Assembly: GCF_030409605.1 (NCBI RefSeq)
Contig: NZ_JAUFQG010000004.1
Span: 540,430 to 604,429 of the forward strand
Length of the DNA stretch: 64,000 nucleotides
Source: Simiduia curdlanivorans
GTDB taxonomy: Bacteria; Pseudomonadota; Gammaproteobacteria; Pseudomonadales; Cellvibrionaceae
Reading direction: 5' to 3'
Shown: positions 9,139 to 16,994 of the stretch, piece by piece
Layout of the letters: each line of letters opens with the position of its first letter
Numbering within the stretch: position 1 is the first letter of the stretch
The notes under the pieces: model-generated
The model's database searches: none
Told to the model about the DNA's origin: nothing
Seen by the model: only the letters and a program-made list of their open reading frames with translations
Position numbers and translations under genes: made by a program

Positions 9139-11105
9139 GCCAAGTAAAAAATTTCCAACAGGTGCGCGAGGCCGAGCAAATTTGGCTAAGCGAACGCCGA
9201 AAGCAGGCGCAGGTTGATCCTGTGCTACCGGAAATTGGCCTAGCCTTTTCCGGTGGCGGCATACGCTCGGCGTGTTTTCATTTGGGCTTTTTGCAGGCGC
9301 TGATCGAGCGCAAAAAACTTCAGCGCGTGGATTATTTATCCACGGTATCGGGCGGCGGTTATATCGGTGCCTGTTTGCAATGGTTGAAACACCGCGCCAG
9401 TTCCAGCGCCAACGACGACTTGTTTGCCCAGCCGGTAAACGACAGCACCGTGTTGAACTGGTTGCGCGCGCACGGCAAGTATTTGGTCGACGGCAAGGGC
9501 ATTAACAACATGACCTTGCTGGCGGCGCTTTTAGCCAGCACGCTGTTTAACCTCGCGGTGGTTTTGCCGCTGTTGCTGCTGTGCGTTTGGCTGTTCGGCT
9601 TTCCACACACGCAACTGTACTGGCCACCGCACTGGCACTTGCCCGGTGCCGACGTGATAGAGGGGCACAGCGGCTATCTACTGGCGCTGCTCATCAGTGC
9701 CGGTTCATTTATCAGTTTCTTGATCGCCGTGCCGCTGATGGCACTTTGGCGTCAGGGCCGCACCCAGCACAACTTCAAACCCCGGCTGTGGATGGGCAGG
9801 CTGCTCAATATCGGCGTCATCGCGGGGCTAATTGGCTTACTCCCCATCGCGGCGCAATTAAGCGATATGCTGTTCGCCTTAGCCGGCTCCGAATCCCTGT
9901 CCCAAATTGGCAAACATCTAAACTATTTGCTGCCCTTCATCGGCGGCGTGTTGACCATTTCGCGCGCAACCTTTAAACCCGGTTTGGCCCTCGCTGGCCT
10001 CACGCTCATGCTCTACGGGCTGGCCGCTTTCGCCTACCATTTAGTTTTTCACACAGGGTTAATTGCACAGCCCGGTTACTGGGCCTTCTTGGCATTGGCC
10101 ATCGCGCTGCTAATGTTGGCCAGCGTTAACCGCACCTCGATGCACAGCTACTACCTATCGCGCCTGTGTAACGCATTTTTTATGTGCACAAAAGCCGACG
10201 ACAATCACGGCCAAGATCTAGCCCTAGCCACATTAACCCCGGCCACGGGCGCACCCCTGCCACTGATCAACACCACCATGAGCACGGCCAGCTCGAGCAA
10301 CCGGCTCTGGCGCGAGCGCATGGGTTTGAGCTTTACCCTGTCGCCGCTGTTTTGTGGCGCGCCACCTACCGGCTTTGCCAGCACCTCGGCGTTTCAATCT
10401 GGCCGCTTGACCCTAGGCGAGAGCATGACCACCTCGGGCGCGGCGGTAGACCCAGGCACCGCGCAAACCGCCAACGGCGCGCTGAGTTTTTTAATGGCGC
10501 TACTAAATTTTCGCCTCGGCTTCTGGACCAAGGCGCCGAGAGCGGCTGATACCTTTTTTTCCCATATGCCCTACTGGCTCATCATGCGCGAAATGTTTGG
10601 CTTCGGCTTAAGCGAAAGCCATAACAATATTCACTTAAGCGACGGCGGCCACTTTGAAAACCTCGGCGTCTACGAGCTCATCCGCCGCGAGCTGTCGATT
10701 ATTGTGGCCGGTGATGCGGGAGCAGACCCGAGCGTCAATTTCTCCGATTTAGGCTTGCTGATTCAGCGCGCCTACGCCGACTTCGATTGCCATATCGCCA
10801 TCAATACTGCGCAGCTTAGCGAGGTAACAGACGGCATACACGCCAGCTGTTTCGCCGTGGGCAATATCACCTACAGCTCCGGCAAAACCGGTAAGCTCTA
10901 CTATGTGAAAAGCCTACTCACCGCAGCCGCTGGCACCCAACTGGCGAGCTTTGCCTACACAGATCCAAGCTTCCCCAATGACAGCACGGCAAATCAATTC
11001 TATGATGAAGAGCACTTCGATGCCTATCGAGCCTTGGGAAAGCTCAATATGCTTTCGCTGCTAGAGCAACACGAAGCCGATATTTTTCCCGAGCCACTTA
11101 ACTAA
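9135..11105 (+). CDS. patatin-like phospholipase with a polytopic membrane insertion between catalytic Ser and Asp
   Basis: A GTG start overlaps the TGA stop of the upstream gene (GTGA). It has the oxyanion motif FSGGGIRS, the serine motif TVSGGG and, ~430 aa later, DGGHFENLGV (the patatin/cPLA2 catalytic Asp motif). Residues ~130-330 form multiple hydrophobic helices. Confidence 0.8.
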   Translation: MSQVKNFQQVREAEQIWLSERRKQAQVDPVLPEIGLAFSGGGIRSACFHLGFLQALIERKKLQRVDYLSTVSGGGYIGACLQWLKHRASSSANDDLFAQPVNDSTVLNWLRAHGKYLVDGKGINNMTLLAALLASTLFNLAVVLPLLLLCVWLFGFPHTQLYWPPHWHLPGADVIEGHSGYLLALLISAGSFISFLIAVPLMALWRQGRTQHNFKPRLWMGRLLNIGVIAGLIGLLPIAAQLSDMLFALAGSESLSQIGKHLNYLLPFIGGVLTISRATFKPGLALAGLTLMLYGLAAFAYHLVFHTGLIAQPGYWAFLALAIALLMLASVNRTSMHSYYLSRLCNAFFMCTKADDNHGQDLALATLTPATGAPLPLINTTMSTASSSNRLWRERMGLSFTLSPLFCGAPPTGFASTSAFQSGRLTLGESMTTSGAAVDPGTAQTANGALSFLMALLNFRLGFWTKAPRAADTFFSHMPYWLIMREMFGFGLSESHNNIHLSDGGHFENLGVYELIRRELSIIVAGDAGADPSVNFSDLGLLIQRAYADFDCHIAINTAQLSEVTDGIHASCFAVGNITYSSGKTGKLYYVKSLLTAAAGTQLASFAYTDPSFPNDSTANQFYDEEHFDAYRALGKLNMLSLLEQHEADIFPEPLN

Positions 11106-11120
11106 CCCACACCGCCGAGA

Positions 11121-11471
11121 ATGATTATGAAAACGATAAAATTACTAGCCATTGGCGCCAGCTTATTTACCAGCGTTACAGCGATGGCGGCCGACAACTA
11201 CCTGTGCACCAACGCCGGTAGCGAGCGCAGCGTGAAAGTGATTTACCAAGCCCCTGGTGTTGCCGTGCCCTGCGAAGTGCAATACACCAAAGATGGCATC
11301 AGCCAAACCCTGTGGACGGCGGAAAACCTAACCGGTTATTGCGAAGAGAAAGCCCAAGCCTTTGCCGACAAACTCAGTGGCTGGGGTTGGCAGTGCAACC
11401 AGCAGGGCGACGGAATGATGGACGCCAGCGACGAAGACATGACCCCAGCTGAAGGCGCCGACGGCAACTAA
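11121..11471 (+). CDS. small secreted Cys/Trp-containing protein, function unknown
   Basis: 116 aa starting 15 bp after the patatin stop. It has a signal peptide (LLAIGASLFTSVTAMA), four Cys, a SGWGWQCNQQ segment and an acidic tail. Confidence 0.65.
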   Translation: MIMKTIKLLAIGASLFTSVTAMAADNYLCTNAGSERSVKVIYQAPGVAVPCEVQYTKDGISQTLWTAENLTGYCEEKAQAFADKLSGWGWQCNQQGDGMMDASDEDMTPAEGADGN

Positions 11472-11540
11472 TAAGGCGGTTTTACGCGCTTTGGCATTCT
11501 TTCCCGAGCGCGTAGCTTTTATTGCGAGAGGTTTTTGAAG

Positions 11541-11630
11541 GTTACAGCTAACAGTTTACAGTTTACAGCTCACAGGAAAAGCAGGAGCAAAAAACACAAG
11601 CTCTTCGCTGTTAACTGTTAACTGTTAACT
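11541..11630. repeat. intergenic heptamer tandem-repeat hairpin element: (ACAGYTN)x5 - spacer - (CTGTTAA)x3
   Basis: ggttACAGCTAACAGTTTACAGTTTACAGCTCACAG, then a 32-nt spacer containing gcaaaaaacacaag, then CTGTTAACTGTTAACTGTTAACT. The arms are imperfect reverse complements. It lies between convergent gene ends. Confidence 0.6.
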
Positions 11631-11643
11631 CAAAATACCCTCC

Positions 11644-12249
11644 CTAAACCTTGTTTGCCTTTTTCACCCGCACGCGATTATTCACATCGCGACTCGCGCG
11701 TATGAGCCCATTATCCAGAAGGCTCGGGCCAGACTTGGCCAAGCGATCGTATAAAACAACGTTAACGCTGGCGGCCAAGTTCATCGAGCCCACGGTGGGT
11801 ACATACACTACTGCATGGGCGCGATCGATTATGGCCTGCTTTAAGGTGCCGTCCTCAGGGCCAAATAAATACAGCGCCTGCGCTGGGTGCTGAAACGCGG
11901 GCAAGGGAACAGCGCCCTCGACTAGATCCACACACACAACGGCCATGGTGCTGGGAATGGCCGCAAAAAAATCATCAATATGCTCAAGTGGAATATTTTC
12001 GCCAGCGCGCTGGGTATCGGTATGAAATTTAGCCGCTTTGGCGTAGCGATTACCCGAGTAAAAAACCGCGTCCGCTTGGTAGCAACCGGCAGCGCGCATA
12101 ACGGCACCGACATTGCTGGGGCTCTTCGGGTTGGTTAAACCGATAGCAACGGTGGGCGCATTGATTGCAATGGGTGCAGAAGATGCGCCCTGATCACAGC
12201 TTGTCTTGTCGTTCATAGGGTTTTCAATCAAATGAGGCTTAACAGCCAT
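11644..12249 (-). CDS. SpoU/TrmH-family RNA 2'-O-methyltransferase
   Basis: ~200 aa with SPOUT motifs (LTNPKSPSNVGAVMRAAG, LYLFGPEDGTL, VPTVGSMNLAASVNVVLY). The start may instead be Met12 (~12216). Confidence 0.75.
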   Translation of the reverse strand: MAVKPHLIENPMNDKTSCDQGASSAPIAINAPTVAIGLTNPKSPSNVGAVMRAAGCYQADAVFYSGNRYAKAAKFHTDTQRAGENIPLEHIDDFFAAIPSTMAVVCVDLVEGAVPLPAFQHPAQALYLFGPEDGTLKQAIIDRAHAVVYVPTVGSMNLAASVNVVLYDRLAKSGPSLLDNGLIRASRDVNNRVRVKKANKV

Positions 12250-12296
12250 TGGCGATTGGGGTAGGGTAACAAACTATTTCTCTCAAGGCTTACTCA

Positions 12297-12782
12297 GTGA
12301 CAGATTCACCGCCTCGCATAGCCATTTTCGCCGATGTGCAAAACATCTACTACACCACCCGCCAAGCCTACCAACGCTCGCTAGACTACCGAAAGCTTTG
12401 GCACCTACTCGCGGGCCAAGGCGAGATAGTCATGGCCACCGCTTACGCCATTCACCGCGGCGACGAGAACCAGTTGAAATTCCAGCAAGCGCTGAAAAAC
12501 ATCGGCTTTACCGTGCGCCTCAAACCCTACATCCAACGCAGCGACGGTTCGACCAAAGGCGACTGGGACGTAGGTATTGCCATCGATGTCATGGAGCAGG
12601 CGCCGGTGGTAGATCGCGTGGTGCTACTTTCGGGCGACGGCGATTTCGATCTACTCTTGGAGAAGGTGAAAATGAAATTCCAGATTCAGGCCGATGTCTA
12701 CGGCGTGCCAGCGCTCACCGCAAATTCACTGATCACATCGGCCAGCCAGTTTTACCCGATTACCGAGGCTTTGTTGATGTAA
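12297..12782 (+). CDS. NYN-domain (LabA-like) protein
   Basis: 161 aa: IAIFADVQNIYY then VLLSGDGDFDLL, the classic NYN/PIN-like acidic residues. Confidence 0.75.
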   Translation: MTDSPPRIAIFADVQNIYYTTRQAYQRSLDYRKLWHLLAGQGEIVMATAYAIHRGDENQLKFQQALKNIGFTVRLKPYIQRSDGSTKGDWDVGIAIDVMEQAPVVDRVVLLSGDGDFDLLLEKVKMKFQIQADVYGVPALTANSLITSASQFYPITEALLM

Positions 12783-12788
12783 GAAGGA

Positions 12789-12945
12789 GCTGCAAGCTAC
12801 AGGCTGCAAGAGGTTAGGAAGATTACAGCTGACAGTTCACAGTTCACAGAAAGGGCAAAGGCAAAAATCACAGGCGCCAAGAATCAGCTACCTAGCTTTT
12901 AGCTGTCAACTGCCAACTGCCAACTGCCAACTGCCAACTGCTCAC
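12789..12945. repeat. intergenic heptamer tandem-repeat hairpin element: (GCTRCAR)x3/(ACAGYTN)x4 - spacer - (CAACTGC)x5
   Basis: gctgcaagctacaggctgcaag...gattACAGCTGACAGTTCACAGTTCACAG, then a spacer (gggcaaaggcaaaaatcacagg) similar to the spacer of element 11541..11630, then gtCAACTGCCAACTGCCAACTGCCAACTGCCAACTGCtcac. Confidence 0.6.
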
Positions 12946-13036
12946 TAATTCTCGCGACTATGGTGTTGGTTACGCTATCATAAGCGCCATTTTTAGGGTG
13001 CTACAACGCAGCATCAACCAGACAGGGAGCTTAGTC

Positions 13037-14488
13037 TTGATCATCATCCCAACGGAAAAGCGCTTCGACTGGCGCTACGCACCCACGGTCATGTTCGGCA
13101 TCGTGCTGATCAACGTGCTAGTGTTCTTTTTCTATCAATCCGGCGATGACAATAAGATTGAGCAAGCCCTCGAGATCTATCAGCAGCAGGGCTTTTTAGA
13201 GCTTGAATGGCCAGAGTACAAAAAATATCTGACCACAAAAAGCACCGAGCAGGACGATGAACAACTCACCTACGTAGAGGAACTTTTCGAACAGGAAGAT
13301 TTCGGCAATTTAGCCGTAGAAATAGTTTTCGATACGGCCTTTTACGACCACCTGTTCAAAGACCCATACAATCTAATTGGCTACCAAAAAGTCGAAGTCT
13401 GGCTCGACCAGAGAGCAAAAATCAACGCCAGCATTCTCAACCTCAGCTTTATTGCCTACGGCTTAGTTCCCGCCGACCTCTCGATCACCACCTTGTTTAC
13501 CACCCAATTTTTGCACGGCGACACCATGCACCTATTGGGCAATATGTTCTTCTTAGTGATTTGCGGCTTTGCGGTAGAAGCGGCTATCGGCCATTGGCGT
13601 TTTCTGGCTTTCTATTTAATTTCCGGTGTATTCGCCAGCCTAGCCCATGCGCTGCTAGACCTCTCCAGCACCCAACCCTTGGTTGGCGCGTCTGGCGCTA
13701 TATCCGGCGTGATGGCGATGTATTTAGCGGTATTTAAATTTCGAAAAATCGAATTTTTCTATTGGCTATTTATTTTTGTCGGCTACATCAGAGCACCGGC
13801 CTTGATTATTCTGCCCATTTACATCGGTAAAGAGCTAGTGAGCTTTTATACCGATACCGATTCAAACGTGGCCGTTATGGCGCACGCCGGCGGCTTTGTC
13901 ATGGGCGCCCTGCTGATGTTCGTCAGCCAGTGGCTTAGCCCGAAAAGTATCGATGTTGAGTACATTGAAACCGACCAAAGCATAGACCCCTATCAAGAAG
14001 CGCTGGCGCTGGTGTATACCGACATCGAAAACTTTCGCTTTGACTCGGCCTATAAAAATACCCAAGCCTTGATTGCCCAGCACGGCGAAAACTTTAGGAA
14101 CCTTGCGCTCCTTGCCCAGCTAGCTCAACTCAGAAGCCCAGCCGATCAGCAGGCCGCCATGCTTGGCCTATTGAAGGTGGAGACGCAAGAGCCTATCGAA
14201 TTAGAGCGCCAAGCCCAATTACTCATCGACTCAGCCCAGCCAGCCGATTATTTATCCGAACAGGAACTGTGCAAGCTCGGTAGCCGCCTGTGCCGGTTAG
14301 AAAACCTCAAACCTGCCGAAGCGCTATTTGACATAGTGCAGAATAGATACGGCCACCTAGCAGCCAGCCAAAACAATCTCGCCCTGCTGGCAAAAAAATT
14401 GTCTATTGCCTTTGCCAAAACCAATAATGCCCTGAAGTCCAAGCACTACCATGGCCTTGCCAGCAAGCTTGTAGGGAGCACACTGTAA
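13037..14488 (+). CDS. rhomboid-family intramembrane serine protease with C-terminal helical (TPR-like) extension
   Basis: Catalytic GASGAISG and AHAGGF motifs lie in a 6-TM core. The ORF opens at 12998 (GTG). A TTG at ~13037 with GGGAG 7 nt upstream or an ATG at ~13091 are plausible starts. Confidence 0.75.
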   Translation: MIIIPTEKRFDWRYAPTVMFGIVLINVLVFFFYQSGDDNKIEQALEIYQQQGFLELEWPEYKKYLTTKSTEQDDEQLTYVEELFEQEDFGNLAVEIVFDTAFYDHLFKDPYNLIGYQKVEVWLDQRAKINASILNLSFIAYGLVPADLSITTLFTTQFLHGDTMHLLGNMFFLVICGFAVEAAIGHWRFLAFYLISGVFASLAHALLDLSSTQPLVGASGAISGVMAMYLAVFKFRKIEFFYWLFIFVGYIRAPALIILPIYIGKELVSFYTDTDSNVAVMAHAGGFVMGALLMFVSQWLSPKSIDVEYIETDQSIDPYQEALALVYTDIENFRFDSAYKNTQALIAQHGENFRNLALLAQLAQLRSPADQQAAMLGLLKVETQEPIELERQAQLLIDSAQPADYLSEQELCKLGSRLCRLENLKPAEALFDIVQNRYGHLAASQNNLALLAKKLSIAFAKTNNALKSKHYHGLASKLVGSTL

Positions 14489-16062
14489 TGGAATATTGCC
14501 ACTTTCACCCGCTCTCATCGGCCACCTTTTATTGCGACCACTGCCTTACCAACCTGTGCGACCACTGCATAGACGACACTCAACAGCGCGGTGGCGAGCG
14601 CTGTATTAGCTGCGCAAAACCGCTCATTAGCTTGGGCGCAGCGCACAGCGCCGAGCCATTCTGGCGTAAACTAAAAGACGCTTTTCACTACCCACTCTAC
14701 GGTCAGTCGTTAACGTTAATCATTGGCGTCGCCGTGATGACCAGCGTGGTGGCCTATATTCCCTTTGCCATCGTCTTCTATCTCATGGCCGTGGGCGCTT
14801 TAATGCGCTATAGCTTTGCCTGCCTAGAAAATACCGCCAATGGCAAAATGACGGCGCCCGATATCACCGAGGCTTACGAAGGTGGCATACTGCTGATATT
14901 TCAATTAATCGGCATTGTCGTCATTATGACGGCAGCTGTTTTTGGCGTTAACGAATTTTTAGGCGAAGGCCTTGCCCGCCTACTCGCCGTATTTTGTCTA
15001 TTGAGTTTTCCCGCGATTATTATTTTATTCGCCTTGAACAGAAATATGTTCGACGCCATTAATCCTCTCAGTATCACTCAGCTGATACTGTCAGTAGGCC
15101 TCTCCTACGGCGTGCTATTGGGTTTAATCTTGGTAATGAGCGCATCCGTTAGCGTTATTCACGAACTCATCGGTGCAGAATTTTCCTTCATCAATGCCTT
15201 ACTACAAGGCATCGTTTCCAACTTCTATACCGTTGTGACCTTTCATATCATGGGCTATATGATCTTCCAATATCAGGCCGAGCTAGGCTTCGTTGCCCGA
15301 GAAGATCACGGTGGTATCGCCAAAAGCAAAACTGAGCAAGACTTGCACAATGCCAAAATAGACATAGCACTTAAACTAGGGCAATACGGCCGAGTGGTAG
15401 ATCTGTTCGGCGAAGCCAATCGGAAATTCCCCAATGACTACAATTACTATGTGCGCTGCTTCGACCTTCTCTGCGCTATCAAACAAACCGATCGCTTAGA
15501 AAAGTTTTTACCTTTCTACTTTGATTTTTTACCCAAGGCTCAACGCGGCGATCAAATTTACCCGAGCTTTAAACGCGCCCTCGGCCTCATACCCAACTAC
15601 CTACCCGCCACCGCCAAGCTGCGCCACCAGCTGGCGGAGCAATGCCAATTCAAAGGCGACCCCAAGTCAGCGCTGCGCCTGCTCAACGGCATTCACAAAC
15701 ACTTCCCCACCTACCCAAAACTAACGGCCGCCTACGAAGTGATGGAGCGCGCCTTGGGCGACCTACCCAACATGGAAAAGCAGCGCGCGCAATGTAAAAC
15801 ATTCATTGAAAACTTAAAACAAAAGGCCGCAGAAGCAGAAGCGGCAAAACAGGCGGCGCAAGCCATACTAAAACCCAAGAACAAGCCCATGCTCGACAAG
15901 TCGGCTCTGCGGCCGAATAAAGACAACACGCCACAGGAAGCCCAAACACAGCCGCTGCGCAAGAGCGAGCAACAAAAGCTACGGGCACAGCAATTAGCGG
16001 AGAGAAATGCTAAGGGAGAGGCAGAGGGCAAAGACTTGCCACCGATTGAGTTTAAGCCTTAG
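14488..16062 (+). CDS. membrane protein with N-terminal B-box-type zinc finger, polytopic middle and Lys/Gln-rich C-terminus
   Basis: The ATG overlaps the rhomboid stop (TAATG). CHFHP..YCDHCLTNLCDHC..CISC is a Cys/His zinc-binding pattern. Eight or more hydrophobic helices follow, and the C-terminal ~90 aa are low-complexity K/A/Q/E-rich. Confidence 0.65.
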   Translation: MEYCHFHPLSSATFYCDHCLTNLCDHCIDDTQQRGGERCISCAKPLISLGAAHSAEPFWRKLKDAFHYPLYGQSLTLIIGVAVMTSVVAYIPFAIVFYLMAVGALMRYSFACLENTANGKMTAPDITEAYEGGILLIFQLIGIVVIMTAAVFGVNEFLGEGLARLLAVFCLLSFPAIIILFALNRNMFDAINPLSITQLILSVGLSYGVLLGLILVMSASVSVIHELIGAEFSFINALLQGIVSNFYTVVTFHIMGYMIFQYQAELGFVAREDHGGIAKSKTEQDLHNAKIDIALKLGQYGRVVDLFGEANRKFPNDYNYYVRCFDLLCAIKQTDRLEKFLPFYFDFLPKAQRGDQIYPSFKRALGLIPNYLPATAKLRHQLAEQCQFKGDPKSALRLLNGIHKHFPTYPKLTAAYEVMERALGDLPNMEKQRAQCKTFIENLKQKAAEAEAAKQAAQAILKPKNKPMLDKSALRPNKDNTPQEAQTQPLRKSEQQKLRAQQLAERNAKGEAEGKDLPPIEFKP

Positions 16063-16177
16063 GGCCCTTTAGATATACCGTGAAGTAAGACGCTATTGAG
16101 TTTCATTCGAGCACTAAGATATTTAAATTAAGGATTATGCACGACTTCAGGAGATTAACCGTTACAGCTTTTAAAGC

Positions 16178-16378
16178 TTAACTGAGAACCCCATCATAAG
16201 ACCAAAATCGCTTCCAGCTGCTTGGCTTTGGATGCGCAAGAGCATATTCCCTTCGCTTTATGTGATCCAAACTTTCGAACCAGTCGGCAAATTCAAACCA
16301 GTAACTTTCCCCCGGATCTTGCCGCCACCACATCGAGCCTAAAGGCTTGTTCGGATATTTTTCCCAAGGAGGCATCAT
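16178..16378 (-). CDS. hypothetical small Trp-rich protein
   Basis: 66-aa ORF in the AT-rich islet (MMPPWEKYPNKPLGSMWWRQDPGESYWFEF...). Its reality is uncertain. Confidence 0.35.
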   Translation of the reverse strand: MMPPWEKYPNKPLGSMWWRQDPGESYWFEFADWFESLDHIKRREYALAHPKPSSWKRFWSYDGVLS

Positions 16379-16570
16379 TGCCTATACCATAGAAATAGAA
16401 ACAATTTTGGAGTTAATAAACAACCCTTAACGGTACATAGAATGCAACCCATGCCGGTTAAAGACCTATGACTTAGTGCCATTAGAAAACGGTAATTAAC
16501 AGTTAACACTTGTAGCGAGGCGGGATTAGTGCCGAGTTCAGCAGCGATAGGAGCGGCTTGACCACCCTTA

Positions 16571-16948
16571 TTAATTTCCATTCGCACACACCAACTTGAG
16601 GTCGTGATTAATGGACTTGTAAAATTGAGGGTAGCCACTATCGGTTTTGTATGACACTACAACCCCATTCTCTAGTAACCCGATATTGTAGGACGGATAA
16701 GTATACCAAAGCTTAGGTAGATACGACGCATAAGACGGACTCCAACCTTCATTATTACTCCTAATCCAATTTGTAATTTCTAGGTATCTCTCATCTGCGC
16801 CAAAAATTTGCTTACCGCAATATTCAAATTCCGAAGGTAACAACGCAGCATCGATACTTTGCGATCGAAATACATATAGCAGTAATCCAACCACTAGGAA
16901 AACCACAGTTAGAAATATAACTCCGATGATCTTTGGTGCACTTTTCAT
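16571..16948 (-). CDS. hypothetical membrane-anchored protein
   Basis: 125 aa with an N-terminal TM helix (IIGVIFLTVVFLVVGLLLYVF) and an aromatic-rich ectodomain, in a low-GC region. Confidence 0.5.
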   Translation of the reverse strand: MKSAPKIIGVIFLTVVFLVVGLLLYVFRSQSIDAALLPSEFEYCGKQIFGADERYLEITNWIRSNNEGWSPSYASYLPKLWYTYPSYNIGLLENGVVVSYKTDSGYPQFYKSINHDLKLVCANGN

Positions 16949-16994
16949 AGAATCTTAACGCCAATGTTATGCGGAATTATTTTTGGATAAAATT

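Noticed and set aside
9272-10549. Plus-strand alternate-frame ORFs (9272..9505, 9581..9976, 10184..10549) within the patatin gene
   Set aside because: They are Arg-rich frame-shifted translations of a GC-rich CDS, with no RBS or domain content.
12398-12817. 139-aa ORF overlapping the NYN-domain gene in another frame
   Set aside because: The translation is Arg/His-rich with no structure and lies entirely within a conserved NYN CDS. This is a typical GC-rich alternate-frame artefact.
11541-12945. Possibility that the heptamer arrays are CRISPR arrays
   Set aside because: Units are 7 bp and directly abutting, with no spacers and no 25-40-bp repeats. No cas genes are nearby. They are simple tandem microsatellite-like arrays arranged as inverted arms.
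16375-16638. 87-aa ORF (MATLNFTSPLITTSSWCVRMEINKGG...)
   Set aside because: It overlaps the end of the 125-aa membrane-protein gene in another frame. It has no RBS or recognisable features, so it is likely spurious.
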